The position numbers and the translations under genes were made by a program. A stretch of DNA of 64,000 bases, from positions 768,001 to 832,000 of the forward strand of contig CAWBZI010000002.1 of the NCBI GenBank assembly GCA_963793265.1. Reading direction: 5' to 3'. The first letter of the stretch is position 1, and the number at the start of each line of letters is the position of its first letter. This document shows positions 1-9,778 of the stretch, piece after piece. Origin of the DNA: an uncultured cyanobacterium (GTDB lineage Bacteria; Cyanobacteriota; Cyanobacteriia; Phormidesmidales; Phormidesmidaceae). Under the pieces are notes generated by a model that saw only the letters and a list, made by a program, of their open reading frames with translations, was not told the origin of the DNA and ran no database searches.

Positions 1-812
1 CCATTCTCATCTTCTCCAGCATCCCAATCTTCTCGCAATGGATCGTCAGCGATGCCGAGCAATCTGTCAGAACAGCCTACGCCCAGCGCGTCGAACTTTG
101 TGAGGGCGTTTGCCGCAATGATGAAATTCCGGCACAGGGGAACCTAGCCGAAGCTGGGGCGATTGTAGTGATAGGTGACAGCGCCGACATTGACCGGGCT
201 ATTGACGTATCTAGCGCACCGGGCGATGCCTCCGTCAACACCTCATTGGCACCCAGGCTCATTTATGCCGCGAGCCTCTACCAACAAGCACGCGACCGAG
301 GCGCTTCTCCCGTTGTCATCGTCACCGCCGGAACCGGCGAAGAAAACTCAGATCAGCGCGATGTCATCCGCACAATCCTGTCGCAAAGCAATGTCCCTAA
401 CAGCGCGGTTCAGATCGAAGATACTGGCTTAGACATTTACCGCACTGCTAGAGAAGTCGAAGAACAGCTTGAGTCCAGGCAAATTATCTCACCACGCGCT
501 GTCCGCAGAGCCCAAGGCACAGACGACGATCGCCGCATATTTCTAGTCGCCCCTGCCATCTTGATCCAAAGAGCAGCCCTCACGTTTGAAAAAAGAGGCT
601 TAGAAGTTGTGGCCAAACCCACCGATTTCTACACAGCCCCATTCAGCACCTCCGGCGACGTTCTCGACAGACTCCCTGATATTCTCCCCAGCGTAGACGC
701 CCTACAGCTCACTACCCGCTACTGGAACGAGTTGCTCAACTCGCTCTACTACTTCCTTAGAGGCTGGCTACCTAACTTCAACTTCGGTTGGGATCCTAGT
801 ATTGAGGTCTAG
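1..812 (+). CDS. YdcF/DUF218-family protein, 5'-partial
   Basis: Frame is open from nt 3 to the TAG at 810-812. Motifs 'RLIYAASLY', 'VIVTAG', 'RAALTFEKRGLEVVAKPTDF' are typical of DUF218. Confidence 0.7.
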   Translation, partial: ILIFSSIPIFSQWIVSDAEQSVRTAYAQRVELCEGVCRNDEIPAQGNLAEAGAIVVIGDSADIDRAIDVSSAPGDASVNTSLAPRLIYAASLYQQARDRGASPVVIVTAGTGEENSDQRDVIRTILSQSNVPNSAVQIEDTGLDIYRTAREVEEQLESRQIISPRAVRRAQGTDDDRRIFLVAPAILIQRAALTFEKRGLEVVAKPTDFYTAPFSTSGDVLDRLPDILPSVDALQLTTRYWNELLNSLYYFLRGWLPNFNFGWDPSIEV

Positions 813-939
813 CCGTTGAAGACAAAGCAGTGAACCAGGTTTTGAAGTTTGACCGTCAAAATCTAGCTCTACCGATGCTTAGCAAGCGGCTCGCTATCCA
901 AGTATCATCAGTAGCTTAGGTCACACAATCTCCGCTTCT

Positions 940-2685
940 ATGGCTCAGTCCTCAAAATTCGTCCGACTCGCCTCTTATCTCAGGCCCCACTGGAAAGAAG
1001 TAAGCCTGGGCCTTATTGCCCTGCTAGTCGTCAACGCCATTGGCGTCACCATTCCGCTCACCATTGGTAGAGTTGTCGATGAGCTGACAGTCGCCTTCAC
1101 CACGGAACAGGTGATTCGCTCAGTCATACTGGTGCTGATTCTCGCCAGCATCATGTGGGTCATTCGCATGGCCTCGCGGATCTTTCTATTCGGCGCGGGT
1201 CGCAAAGTTGAATTCGACCTCAAGCAGCGTATCTTCGAGCACCTGTTGACGCTAGAACCTGCCTACTTCGCCCGCAATACCATTGGCGATCTCATCAACC
1301 GCGCCACCAGCGATGTAGACAATATCCGTCGCCTGCTCGGCTTTGCCATACTCAGCATGGCCAACACACTATTCGCCTATCTTCTAATTATCCCGGCGAT
1401 GGTCAATCTCAACGGCAGCGTGGCCTTCTTCTCTTTAGCGGTCTATCCCTTTATGTTTGCCGTTGTTGCTGTGTTTGGCGATCGCCTCCGCAAGCAGCAG
1501 CTAGACGTTCAACAAAAAATCTCTAGCCTCAGCGATCTCATCCAAGAAGACATGGGCGGCATCTCCCTCGTCAAAATCTACGCCCAAGAAGACAACGAAC
1601 GCCGCGCCTTCAGCCAGCGCAACCAAAGGCTTCTCACCGCCAATCTCGCCCTTGCCAAAACCCGCAACACCCTATTCCCCCTCCTCGGCGGCTTTGCCAG
1701 CCTCAGCCTGGTCATCGCCCTTGCCATCGGCTCCCAGGCCATCATCGCCGGACAGCTCAGCGCAGGTGATTTCGTCGCCATCATCCTCTTCATTCAGCAG
1801 CTCGTCTTTCCCACTGCGCTACTGGGCTTCACCATCACCGCCTACCAGCGCGGCGAAGTCAGCCTTGACCGCATTGAAACCATCTTCGACGCCCAACCCA
1901 AAATTCGAGACACCACCGACGCTATCTCTCTGCCTCATCCAGTCGGTCGCCTCGAAGCTCGCAACCTCGCCTTTACCTATCCAGGCTCCAACCGCCCTGC
2001 TATAGACCACGTTAATTTCACCATTGAGCCAGGGCAAACCGTCGCCGTTGTTGGCCCGATTGGCTCAGGCAAATCTACCTTAGCTATGGCGCTACCTCGT
2101 CTGTTGGAGATAGACCCAAACGAACTGTTTTTGGACGGGCATGATGTCACGAAAGTTGAGCTGAGTGATTTGAGAGGTGCGATCGCCTTCGTTCCCCAAG
2201 ACAGCTTCCTATTTAGCACCACCGTTAAAAACAACATCCGCTACGGCAAGCCACTATCTGAGCAAATCGACGTAGAACACGCTGCCAAAGAAGCCCAAAT
2301 CTACGACGAAGTACTCAACTTTCCCAGCCAGTTCAAAACCCTTGTAGGCGAACGCGGCATTACCCTTTCAGGCGGTCAACGTCAGCGCTCAGCCCTTTCT
2401 CGTGCGCTTTTAGTAGATGCCCCTATTTTGGTACTAGATGACGCCCTCTCTAGCGTGGACAATCAGACGGCAACTCAGATTTTAGACAATCTTTCTAGTG
2501 AAACTCAGAAGAAGACGGTTATCTTTGTTTCTCATCAGATGTCAGCAGCGGCTTCGTGCGATCGCATCCTGGTCATGAACGAAGGCCGCATTGCCCAGTC
2601 CGGCACCCACGATCAGCTCGTCACCCAGCCCGGCCTCTACCAAGATCTTTGGAACCAGCACAAGCTCAAAGAAGTTCTGCAATAA
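940..2685 (+). CDS. ABC transporter, fused permease/ATPase (exporter type)
   Basis: N-terminal TM helices; Walker A GPIGSGKS, signature LSGGQRQR, Walker B ILVLDD. Confidence 0.95.
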   Translation: MAQSSKFVRLASYLRPHWKEVSLGLIALLVVNAIGVTIPLTIGRVVDELTVAFTTEQVIRSVILVLILASIMWVIRMASRIFLFGAGRKVEFDLKQRIFEHLLTLEPAYFARNTIGDLINRATSDVDNIRRLLGFAILSMANTLFAYLLIIPAMVNLNGSVAFFSLAVYPFMFAVVAVFGDRLRKQQLDVQQKISSLSDLIQEDMGGISLVKIYAQEDNERRAFSQRNQRLLTANLALAKTRNTLFPLLGGFASLSLVIALAIGSQAIIAGQLSAGDFVAIILFIQQLVFPTALLGFTITAYQRGEVSLDRIETIFDAQPKIRDTTDAISLPHPVGRLEARNLAFTYPGSNRPAIDHVNFTIEPGQTVAVVGPIGSGKSTLAMALPRLLEIDPNELFLDGHDVTKVELSDLRGAIAFVPQDSFLFSTTVKNNIRYGKPLSEQIDVEHAAKEAQIYDEVLNFPSQFKTLVGERGITLSGGQRQRSALSRALLVDAPILVLDDALSSVDNQTATQILDNLSSETQKKTVIFVSHQMSAAASCDRILVMNEGRIAQSGTHDQLVTQPGLYQDLWNQHKLKEVLQ

Positions 2686-2805
2686 GACGGCATATCTTAC
2701 GTAAGTTGACGCATTTAAGCCAACTACTCGGCCAATTGGGAATTTTTAGCTTAAGGAAAATCCTTTAAGCGCCCATAGCCGAGAGGCTTATGGAAACCAC
2801 CAACT

Positions 2806-3402
2806 ATGTCAACTATTTTATTCTTTGTGCTGATCATCGTCGGCGTTGTTCTTTCATTAGCAGGCGGTATTATCGGCATTGCTCAGTCGTTCAGCGAAAG
2901 CCTCGTCTGGGGATTGCTCTACTTATTCGTGCCATTCGCGTCTCTTGTCTTCCTCATCAAGTTCTGGAAGCAGCGCGAATGGGTACGCAAAGCCGTCTAT
3001 GCGAGCATTGCAGGTACCGTAGCTATGTTTTTAAGCATACTCGTCGCCCCTCAAGACAGCGGCTTCTATGCAGAGCTTGAAGCACAAAATGCAAACTACG
3101 AAGCAGGTTTTGAAGACGACTACCTTTCAGTCACGACCGAAAGCGGCACCTCTGCAACCTACTCAACGCAACCTACAAACGGCAGCGAGTTCAGAGACGC
3201 CATCAACTTAGCAACCGCAGCCGCTAACCAAACTCAAACCGCTAAAACCAAAGAAGAATGGAGTGCAGTTGCCTTCACTTGGCAAAACTCCATAGAACTT
3301 CTCAAAGCTGTCCCCACTAACGATCCAAACTACGCTACAGCCCAAACTAAAATCAATAGTTACAGCGCGAACCTCGCCTACGCCCAGCAAAACGCAAAAT
3401 AA
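2806..3402 (+). CDS. Hypothetical membrane protein with C-terminal helical domain
   Basis: 198-aa ORF with about 3 TM segments, then an 'AINLA...EEW..VA..WQ.SIELLKAVP..DPNY..AQ.KI..Y' helical domain. Confidence 0.8.
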   Translation: MSTILFFVLIIVGVVLSLAGGIIGIAQSFSESLVWGLLYLFVPFASLVFLIKFWKQREWVRKAVYASIAGTVAMFLSILVAPQDSGFYAELEAQNANYEAGFEDDYLSVTTESGTSATYSTQPTNGSEFRDAINLATAAANQTQTAKTKEEWSAVAFTWQNSIELLKAVPTNDPNYATAQTKINSYSANLAYAQQNAK

Positions 3403-3423
3403 CCCGCCTGCCACACTACAAGC

Positions 3424-3463
3424 AAAAAGGCCCAGACTTTCGCACAAAAGCCTGGGCCTTTTT
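3424..3463. terminator. Bidirectional intrinsic terminator
   Basis: AAAAAGGCCCAGACTTT...AAAGCCTGGGCCTTTTT hairpin between convergent genes. Confidence 0.8.
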
Positions 3464-3477
3464 AGCGGTATCGCATC

Positions 3478-3756
3478 CTAGTCGTGAACGAGGATCAAAG
3501 AAAGTTCATTAGGAACATCAGCTACGATTCCATCAGTGATGCAATCAGCTAGGTATTCGTCTATTGTCTCTTGAAAATCCTGCTTGGTTTCAGCAGGTGT
3601 CTCACCTCTAAAGGTAATAGTATCTCGCTCTACATTGATCACTAGGCCATGAATTAAATTATCGTCAGCATCAACAACTAAACGGCCCACATAGCCTTTG
3701 TACTCAAATGTGTTAGGCGTATTGCAACATGTTTCGGCTTCGCTATCATTATTCAA
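3478..3756 (-). CDS. HicB-family antitoxin-like protein (orphan, N-terminal domain only)
   Basis: 'YKGYVG...D.DDNLIHG.V....DTITF.GET..E....FQE.ID.YL..C' matches the HicB N-terminal pattern. Confidence 0.75.
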   Translation of the reverse strand: MNNDSEAETCCNTPNTFEYKGYVGRLVVDADDNLIHGLVINVERDTITFRGETPAETKQDFQETIDEYLADCITDGIVADVPNELSLILVHD

Positions 3757-4787
3757 AGCTCTTGCTCCATTCTTTCCATCAAAAATTCAACGAGTAGAAC
3801 ATCACTGTCATAAAGAATAGCAATGCCAATGTCTTCTATGTAGCTTTGCATCTCCCATTTAGCCTTCACGTACTCTCCTTTTCTATGGTGGCGATAACCT
3901 TCATAGCTCGCCTTCCAAAGATTATCACCGCAGTTTGACCTGGTATAAGATGTAGGAATTTCATCCATCGTCTTCCGTTCTTCTGCCTCTTCCCAAAGCA
4001 CATTGCAAGCTTCTTCTAAAAGTCGATCAGCCTTGTCCGGCTCACCCGCTTCAGTCTGCACGATCCAGCGCAGCACATAATCGTTTGCTAAACCGCGTTC
4101 TCTTTCTTCATGCGAAGCTATAAGCAGCTCAACTGTTTCTAGAGCATCACTATAGTTACCATCGAACGTTTGAAACAGTGTGAGCACTCTATAATCTTCT
4201 CTGGGCGGTTGATATAGATCCGGGTTTCTAGCTTCAATAGAGCGCTTATTGCCTTCTATAATCCCAATGGCTATGCGAATGTCTTCGTAGGCTTGAGTCT
4301 TGTTCCCTAAGACCCAATTAATCATCGCTCGTTGGTAGGTAAACTCATGAAAATGTCCAGAGGCTAATCGATCATTCAACACATTAAGATAGTTCGGCAG
4401 CGAATAATATTCTTCCGCAGATAAACCACTTTCAAGATGAATGACGGTGCTCTCATCCTGCCAATTCCATTGCGCACCTGCCCCATATAGCCGCCCAACA
4501 CTAAAGAAAACATTAGAAAACGTCACTTCTCCCGTTCCATTTTCGCCCTCCACCTGTAGCGTGAACGATGAATCACATCCATCTCCGAAGGCACAGCTAC
4601 GGTCTTTCTCTCCAATCAGTTCAGTGCCTAGTATTTCACCCGTATCTTCTAAAATTATTTCGTTCTGCACAGCCCATTTCCTAGCAGCGCGCTCAACATT
4701 TGATCCTGCGATCAGAGCAATAGCCACAACACCAGCAACACCAGCCAAACAAATCCTGTATTTTTTCTGAAATAACGGTTTCGGCAT
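3753..4787 (-). CDS. Hypothetical membrane-anchored protein with TPR-like helical C-terminus
   Basis: Long ORF (track start 4862; ATG at 4787 more likely). N-terminal TM helix and TPR-like segments. Stop overlaps the next gene's start. Confidence 0.7.
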   Translation of the reverse strand: MPKPLFQKKYRICLAGVAGVVAIALIAGSNVERAARKWAVQNEIILEDTGEILGTELIGEKDRSCAFGDGCDSSFTLQVEGENGTGEVTFSNVFFSVGRLYGAGAQWNWQDESTVIHLESGLSAEEYYSLPNYLNVLNDRLASGHFHEFTYQRAMINWVLGNKTQAYEDIRIAIGIIEGNKRSIEARNPDLYQPPREDYRVLTLFQTFDGNYSDALETVELLIASHEERERGLANDYVLRWIVQTEAGEPDKADRLLEEACNVLWEEAEERKTMDEIPTSYTRSNCGDNLWKASYEGYRHHRKGEYVKAKWEMQSYIEDIGIAILYDSDVLLVEFLMERMEQEL

Positions 4788-4860
4788 TATCAAGCACAGT
4801 ACGTAGAAGATTATATACAAGTAGTCTGATTCACTACGGTACCTTCTACGCGAAAAAATC

Positions 4861-4899
4861 AATAAAGCCTGAACTTACTACATAAGTTCAGGCTTTATT
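4861..4899. terminator. Intrinsic terminator downstream of pilC
   Basis: Perfect 17-bp inverted repeat AATAAAGCCTGAACTTA / TAAGTTCAGGCTTTATT. Confidence 0.75.
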
Positions 4900-4940
4900 C
4901 AAAGATCTAATTTATTTAGCAGAATTAGCTGTTCGCTTGT

Positions 4941-6161
4941 CTATCCCAAGTGATCCATCACCGAGAACATCGGCAAATACATGGCCACCAGAATCGAACC
5001 CACCATGCCACCAAGCACCACAATCATAATCGGCTCCATAATACTCGTCAGAGCCTTCACCGCCTGCTCCACCTCATCCTCATAAAAATCCGCCACCTTC
5101 ATGAGCATCTGATCCAGCTCACCCGTTTCCTCACCAATGCTAATCATCTGAATCGCCATCACCGGAAATACCCCGTGCTCCTGCAAAGCCAAACTAATCA
5201 TTCCACCCGACTGAATCTCTGCCTGTGCCGCATTAATCGCATTCGCAATCACCTGATTACCCGACGTATCGCGCACAATCTCCAACGCCGTTAAAATCGG
5301 CACCCCCGAGCGAGACAGTGAGCCAAACGTCCGACAAAAACGCGCCGTTGCCGACTTTTGCGCCAAATCACCAAACAAAGGCATCTTCAAAAAGAAACCG
5401 TCCATTGTCACTCGGCCTACTGGCGTCTTGTAATACTGCTTGTACACAAACACCAGCACAGAGATAATCGCAATCAAACCCAACGTCAGATACCAGGTTC
5501 GCAGCATCTTACTAATCGCCATCAGCGCCCGCGTAAACAAAGGCAATGGCGCACCCAAGTCTTCAAAAATCTCCGCAAAAATTGGCAGCAGGAAAACTGT
5601 CATACCGACGAAAATAGTCACAGCCAAAAAGCCCACCGTTACCGGATAGGCCATTGCCGACTTAATTTGGTTCTGCAAGCGGTTCAGATCTTCTAGTAAC
5701 TTCGCCAAACGGTTAAGTACTTCGTCAAGCACACCACCGACCTCGCCCGCCTGAACCATGCTCACGTACAGGTTATCGAAGCACTTAGGATGCTTGCGCA
5801 TCGAGTCAGAAAGGTTAGTTCCCTGCTGAACGTCTGAATTGATGACCTGCAAAGCCTGCTTCATTTTAGGGTTAGGGCACTGGTCGGCCAAAATACCAAT
5901 ACCTCGAACCAGGGCCACACCCGAAGTCACCAAAGCCGCAAACTGACGAGAGAAAACGGCTTTGTCCTTTACCGTCACCTTCGCCATAGAAGTCGAAATA
6001 TCAGCCATATTAAAGCTGATACCGCGATTCTCTTTAATGTCTTGAACGTGCATACCCTGCTGCGACATCAGCGTACGTGCCTCAGAGACAGAAGGCGCTT
6101 CTATTTTCTGGCGGACAGCTTTACCAGTGGTATTTCGACCCGTAACAACGTAGGTAGGCAT
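4941..6161 (-). CDS. pilC: Type IV pilus inner-membrane platform protein PilC
   Basis: GspF/PilC motifs 'MVQAGEVGGVLDEVL', 'GEETGELDQML', 'EPIMIV'; sits in a pilB-pilT-pilC cluster. Confidence 0.95.
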   Translation of the reverse strand: MPTYVVTGRNTTGKAVRQKIEAPSVSEARTLMSQQGMHVQDIKENRGISFNMADISTSMAKVTVKDKAVFSRQFAALVTSGVALVRGIGILADQCPNPKMKQALQVINSDVQQGTNLSDSMRKHPKCFDNLYVSMVQAGEVGGVLDEVLNRLAKLLEDLNRLQNQIKSAMAYPVTVGFLAVTIFVGMTVFLLPIFAEIFEDLGAPLPLFTRALMAISKMLRTWYLTLGLIAIISVLVFVYKQYYKTPVGRVTMDGFFLKMPLFGDLAQKSATARFCRTFGSLSRSGVPILTALEIVRDTSGNQVIANAINAAQAEIQSGGMISLALQEHGVFPVMAIQMISIGEETGELDQMLMKVADFYEDEVEQAVKALTSIMEPIMIVVLGGMVGSILVAMYLPMFSVMDHLG

Positions 6162-6301
6162 CTATTCTCTCTTCTGCTCTGGTGAATTAAGGTGTAGCAA
6201 TAGTTTTATTGATAGCTATAGCGATAGCAGCGATGCCTCCTAACGCGCACCCATACATTCACGGATAAACAAGCTAGAGGGCATCTACTGTGTGGTTATA
6301 T

Positions 6302-7408
6302 CTAGCGACGAGCTGCTTTAGCCGCAGCCGCAGGGGCACCGCCAATCAGGCGTTGAAGCTCCTCGGGGCGAGAAGTTTTCGCCATTGCCGACTCAAAACT
6401 AATCACTTTGTTCTTATAAAGCTCACCTAGCGCCATCTCTAGCGTTTGCATCGAAAGTCTGCCGCCAGTCTGAATCGCACCGTAGATTTGAGCGGTTTTA
6501 CCCTCGCGAATCATGTTAGAAATACCAGGGGTAACAACCATGATCTCTTGCGCCATCACTCGGCCAAACTCGCCGGGCTTAGGATTTGCTTTACTCACTA
6601 AGCACTGACTCAAAACAGCCACCAAGGAGTTAGAAAGCTGTACTCTAATCTGCTGGTGTTGTGCGGGTGGAAACACATCTACAATTCTGTCTACGGTCTG
6701 TGCTGCCGAGCTAGTGTGCAGCGTACCGAAAACTAAGTGACCCGTTTCTGCTGCCGAAATTGCCAGAGAGATTGTCTCCAAGTCACGCATCTCACCCACC
6801 AGAATCACATCTGGATCTTCACGCAAAGCACCTTTCAATGCATTAGAGAAGCTTTTCGTATCTTCTCCGACCTGCCTTTGGTGAATCAAACTCTTAATGG
6901 GTTCGTACACAAACTCAATCGGATCTTCAACAGTTAGAATATGCTCCGCCCGAGTCAAGTTAATGTTGTTGATCATCGAAGCTAGGGTTGTTGTTTTACC
7001 CGAGCCAGTTGGGCCGGTCACCAATACTAAGCCGCGTGGCTTCTCTGACAGCTCAGTCACAATCGGCGGCAGGCATAGCACGTCCATGCTAGGGATTTTA
7101 GAACTTAGTGCACGTAAGCAGGCAGCATAAGTACCTCTGTCCTTATATACGTTCACCCTGAATCGAGCGAGCCCCTTTACGCCATATGAGCAGTCCAACT
7201 CCCACGTTTGCTCAAGAATCTTACGCTGAGAGTTGTTCAACATGCTGAAAATCAGCCGTTGACACTGGTCGGCGGTCATGACTGGGTGGTCAGTCGCGGT
7301 TAAGTGGCCGCTGATGCGGATGTATGGAGGGAGGCCGGTTGAGAGGTGAAGGTCAGAGCCGCCGCGCTCTACGACTTCTTCCATCAGGTCTTCAATCATT
7401 AATTCCAT
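6302..7408 (-). CDS. pilT: Type IV pilus retraction ATPase PilT
   Basis: GPTGSGKTTTLA, 'ALREDPDVILVGEMRD', 'AAETGHLVFGTLHT', AIRN-box equivalent 'GISNMIRE'. Confidence 0.95.
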   Translation of the reverse strand: MELMIEDLMEEVVERGGSDLHLSTGLPPYIRISGHLTATDHPVMTADQCQRLIFSMLNNSQRKILEQTWELDCSYGVKGLARFRVNVYKDRGTYAACLRALSSKIPSMDVLCLPPIVTELSEKPRGLVLVTGPTGSGKTTTLASMINNINLTRAEHILTVEDPIEFVYEPIKSLIHQRQVGEDTKSFSNALKGALREDPDVILVGEMRDLETISLAISAAETGHLVFGTLHTSSAAQTVDRIVDVFPPAQHQQIRVQLSNSLVAVLSQCLVSKANPKPGEFGRVMAQEIMVVTPGISNMIREGKTAQIYGAIQTGGRLSMQTLEMALGELYKNKVISFESAMAKTSRPEELQRLIGGAPAAAAKAARR

Positions 7409-7481
7409 GAGATTTTTCCTCGGTTGAATGGTGTAGTTATCAGGATTTGAATTTTGAAATATGAGTGGGGAGAGGCGATCG

Positions 7482-9491
7482 CTAATCCTTGTATCGAGGT
7501 GTCAAACAATAAGGACAATCGATCCACTCGTGATGTAGCGCCGCATTACAGGTCGTACAGGATAGAACGCTCTTACGCTTAGCCTTTAGCTCAGCTTCTA
7601 GCCCCTTATCTGTAAAGGTTACGCGCTCTACTTCTTCAAGCGTGGTGTGCCCGGCCTTCACCAAGTTCAAGCTATAGGCCAGCAGCGTATGCATACCGTC
7701 TTCTACAGCCGCCTCCTTAATTTGCTCAGTCGGCGCATTGTCAGAAATCATCTGCTGCACCCTTTCGGTCACACGCATCACTTCATACACGCCAACTCGG
7801 CCTTTATACCCGCCGCCCTGACACTTTCCACAAAGCTCGCCCGACTCTCTGAGTTCAGCGATTTGCTCATTAGGCACCTTGTTAGCCTTATAAAAGGTCA
7901 TCTCAAAGTCACCTGAAGCCGTCATACCAAACCGCGCCAGTTCTTCGTGAGTCGGCGTATAGCCCACCCGACACTCACCGCACACCCGGCGCACCAGTCT
8001 TTGCGCCAGCACACCAATCAAAGAACTCGATACCTGGAAAGGCTCAACGCCCATCTCACCGAGTCTCGAAACCGCGCCTGCCGCGTCGTTAGTGTGCAGC
8101 GTCGTCAGTACGAGGTGCCCAGTTAAGGCAGCTTCAATTGCAGTTTTCGCCGTCTCAGGGTCGCGCGTCTCACCCACTAGGATCACGTCTGGATCTTGTC
8201 TTAAGAAAGCTCTCAAAATAGAGGCAAAGTTCATGCCCTTCTCTCGAATCACCTGCACCTGAGTAATCCCTGGCAGCGCGTACTCAATCGGGTCTTCTGC
8301 CGTGCTGATATTCACACCAGGGTCGTTACGCTCAGAAAGCACCGAATACAGCGTCGTTGTTTTACCCGAGCCTGTCGGCCCCGTTACCAAAATCAGGCCA
8401 AACGGCTTCTTAGCCATGTCCTGCACAATTTTCAGCGTCTCATCGTCGGTAATCAAAGCCCCTAAGCCCAACTGAGTCGCAGAGTTGTCCAAAATTCGCA
8501 GTACAACTTTTTCGCCATATCGACTCGGCAGCGTACTCACGCGAAAGTCTACCTTACGCTCCTGAAACACCCGGCGAATTCTGCCGTCTTGAGGCATCCG
8601 ACGCTCAGCAATATCCAGCTCAGAGATGATCTTAAAGCGAGCGGTTACCGCCGGAATAATCTTCTTCGGCAGCGCTGGAAAAGCCTCCTTCAAAACGCCG
8701 TCCTTACGAAAGCGAATTCGCAAAAACTCTTCTTGTGGCTCAACGTGGATGTCAGATACTTCTTCCTGTAGCGCCTTCACCAAGATCTTATTGACTAAGG
8801 CAATAACCGGAGCCGCGCCTGCATCTTGGAGTGCCGCACCCAAATCCGCATCTTCTTCAACGACATCTTCTAATCCATTGCCATCCAGATCGAGATCGTC
8901 TAGGTCGGTAGCTACATCGACCGCTTTAGCAGAATCGCGCTGCTTTTCTTTGGCCACCTGCTCGTCTAAATACTTCGCCATCAGGCGCTGATAATCTTCA
9001 ACGGTGATCACCATGCGCCGCAGCTTTATTTTCAGCGGTCGAAGAATGCGGTTCAAGTCATCTTGCGCCTCTAGGTTCTCTGGATCGACCATCGCCACCA
9101 GCACAGATTCAGTGCCGTCCTCTGTCGTCTTAGATAAAGGGACGAGGCGGTGGCGGCGACAAATATCTACTGATATCAAGCTGCCAATTAAGCCTGTTAC
9201 CTGCGAATCCGATATACTCTCAACTTCAGGATCAAGGGATTCGACGCCATAGAGAATTTTTAGCTCAAAGAGCTGCTGCTTTTTGTACTGACGCAAAAGC
9301 TCGGGTGAGAGCTGCTGCCCGGTCATAGACTCTAAAACGTCGGTTAAAGAACGACCTGTTTTGCGACTTTCGACCAGTGCTTGCTGCATTTGGCTGCCGT
9401 CTACAAAGCCTGCTTCGACGAGCTTGTTGCTAAAAGGCGAAAAGCTCTTTTGTAGGACAAGGGCCTTCCGCGTAGATGAAGAGTTTGTCAT
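7482..9491 (-). CDS. pilB: Type IV pilus assembly ATPase PilB
   Basis: GspE/PilB ATPase motifs, internal tetracysteine motif, cyanobacterial C-terminal CxxC...CPYC extension. Confidence 0.95.
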   Translation of the reverse strand: MTNSSSTRKALVLQKSFSPFSNKLVEAGFVDGSQMQQALVESRKTGRSLTDVLESMTGQQLSPELLRQYKKQQLFELKILYGVESLDPEVESISDSQVTGLIGSLISVDICRRHRLVPLSKTTEDGTESVLVAMVDPENLEAQDDLNRILRPLKIKLRRMVITVEDYQRLMAKYLDEQVAKEKQRDSAKAVDVATDLDDLDLDGNGLEDVVEEDADLGAALQDAGAAPVIALVNKILVKALQEEVSDIHVEPQEEFLRIRFRKDGVLKEAFPALPKKIIPAVTARFKIISELDIAERRMPQDGRIRRVFQERKVDFRVSTLPSRYGEKVVLRILDNSATQLGLGALITDDETLKIVQDMAKKPFGLILVTGPTGSGKTTTLYSVLSERNDPGVNISTAEDPIEYALPGITQVQVIREKGMNFASILRAFLRQDPDVILVGETRDPETAKTAIEAALTGHLVLTTLHTNDAAGAVSRLGEMGVEPFQVSSSLIGVLAQRLVRRVCGECRVGYTPTHEELARFGMTASGDFEMTFYKANKVPNEQIAELRESGELCGKCQGGGYKGRVGVYEVMRVTERVQQMISDNAPTEQIKEAAVEDGMHTLLAYSLNLVKAGHTTLEEVERVTFTDKGLEAELKAKRKSVLSCTTCNAALHHEWIDCPYCLTPRYKD

Positions 9492-9586
9492 GGTCGATGC
9501 GAAAAAATCTCACACCATTGTGCCCACTCAGCTCAAACCGCTACACAGCAAGGCGTCTGTGCTAGCACTTAATCCTATCGGGCGAA

Positions 9587-9595
9587 ATCATACCC
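9587..9595 (-). promoter_or_regulatory. Putative SigF/SigJ-type (GGG-rich) -10 element for pilB
   Basis: GGGTATGAT on the minus strand about 96 nt upstream of the pilB ATG; resembles cyanobacterial group-3 sigma promoters of pil genes. Confidence 0.35.
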
Positions 9596-9778
9596 GTGCT
9601 GAACTATGAAAAGGCTGTGAAGCGGGGGAAAACCCGTTACGGAAAACCGTTCCGCAAGTTGACGTGCTGCCGCCTAATATGGACAGGGTAAACGGGCTTA
9701 GGTAGGATCTGTCTAACCTAGAGAAGGCTATGAGAAAAGCCTGAAAATGAGCCGTATTAAATGGAGGGTTTTGTACAA

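Noticed and set aside
4950..5696. His/Gln/Arg-rich antisense ORFs over pilC, and similar ORFs over pgi, rel and dnaK
   Set aside because: Shadow ORFs produced by codon bias of the real genes on the opposite strand.
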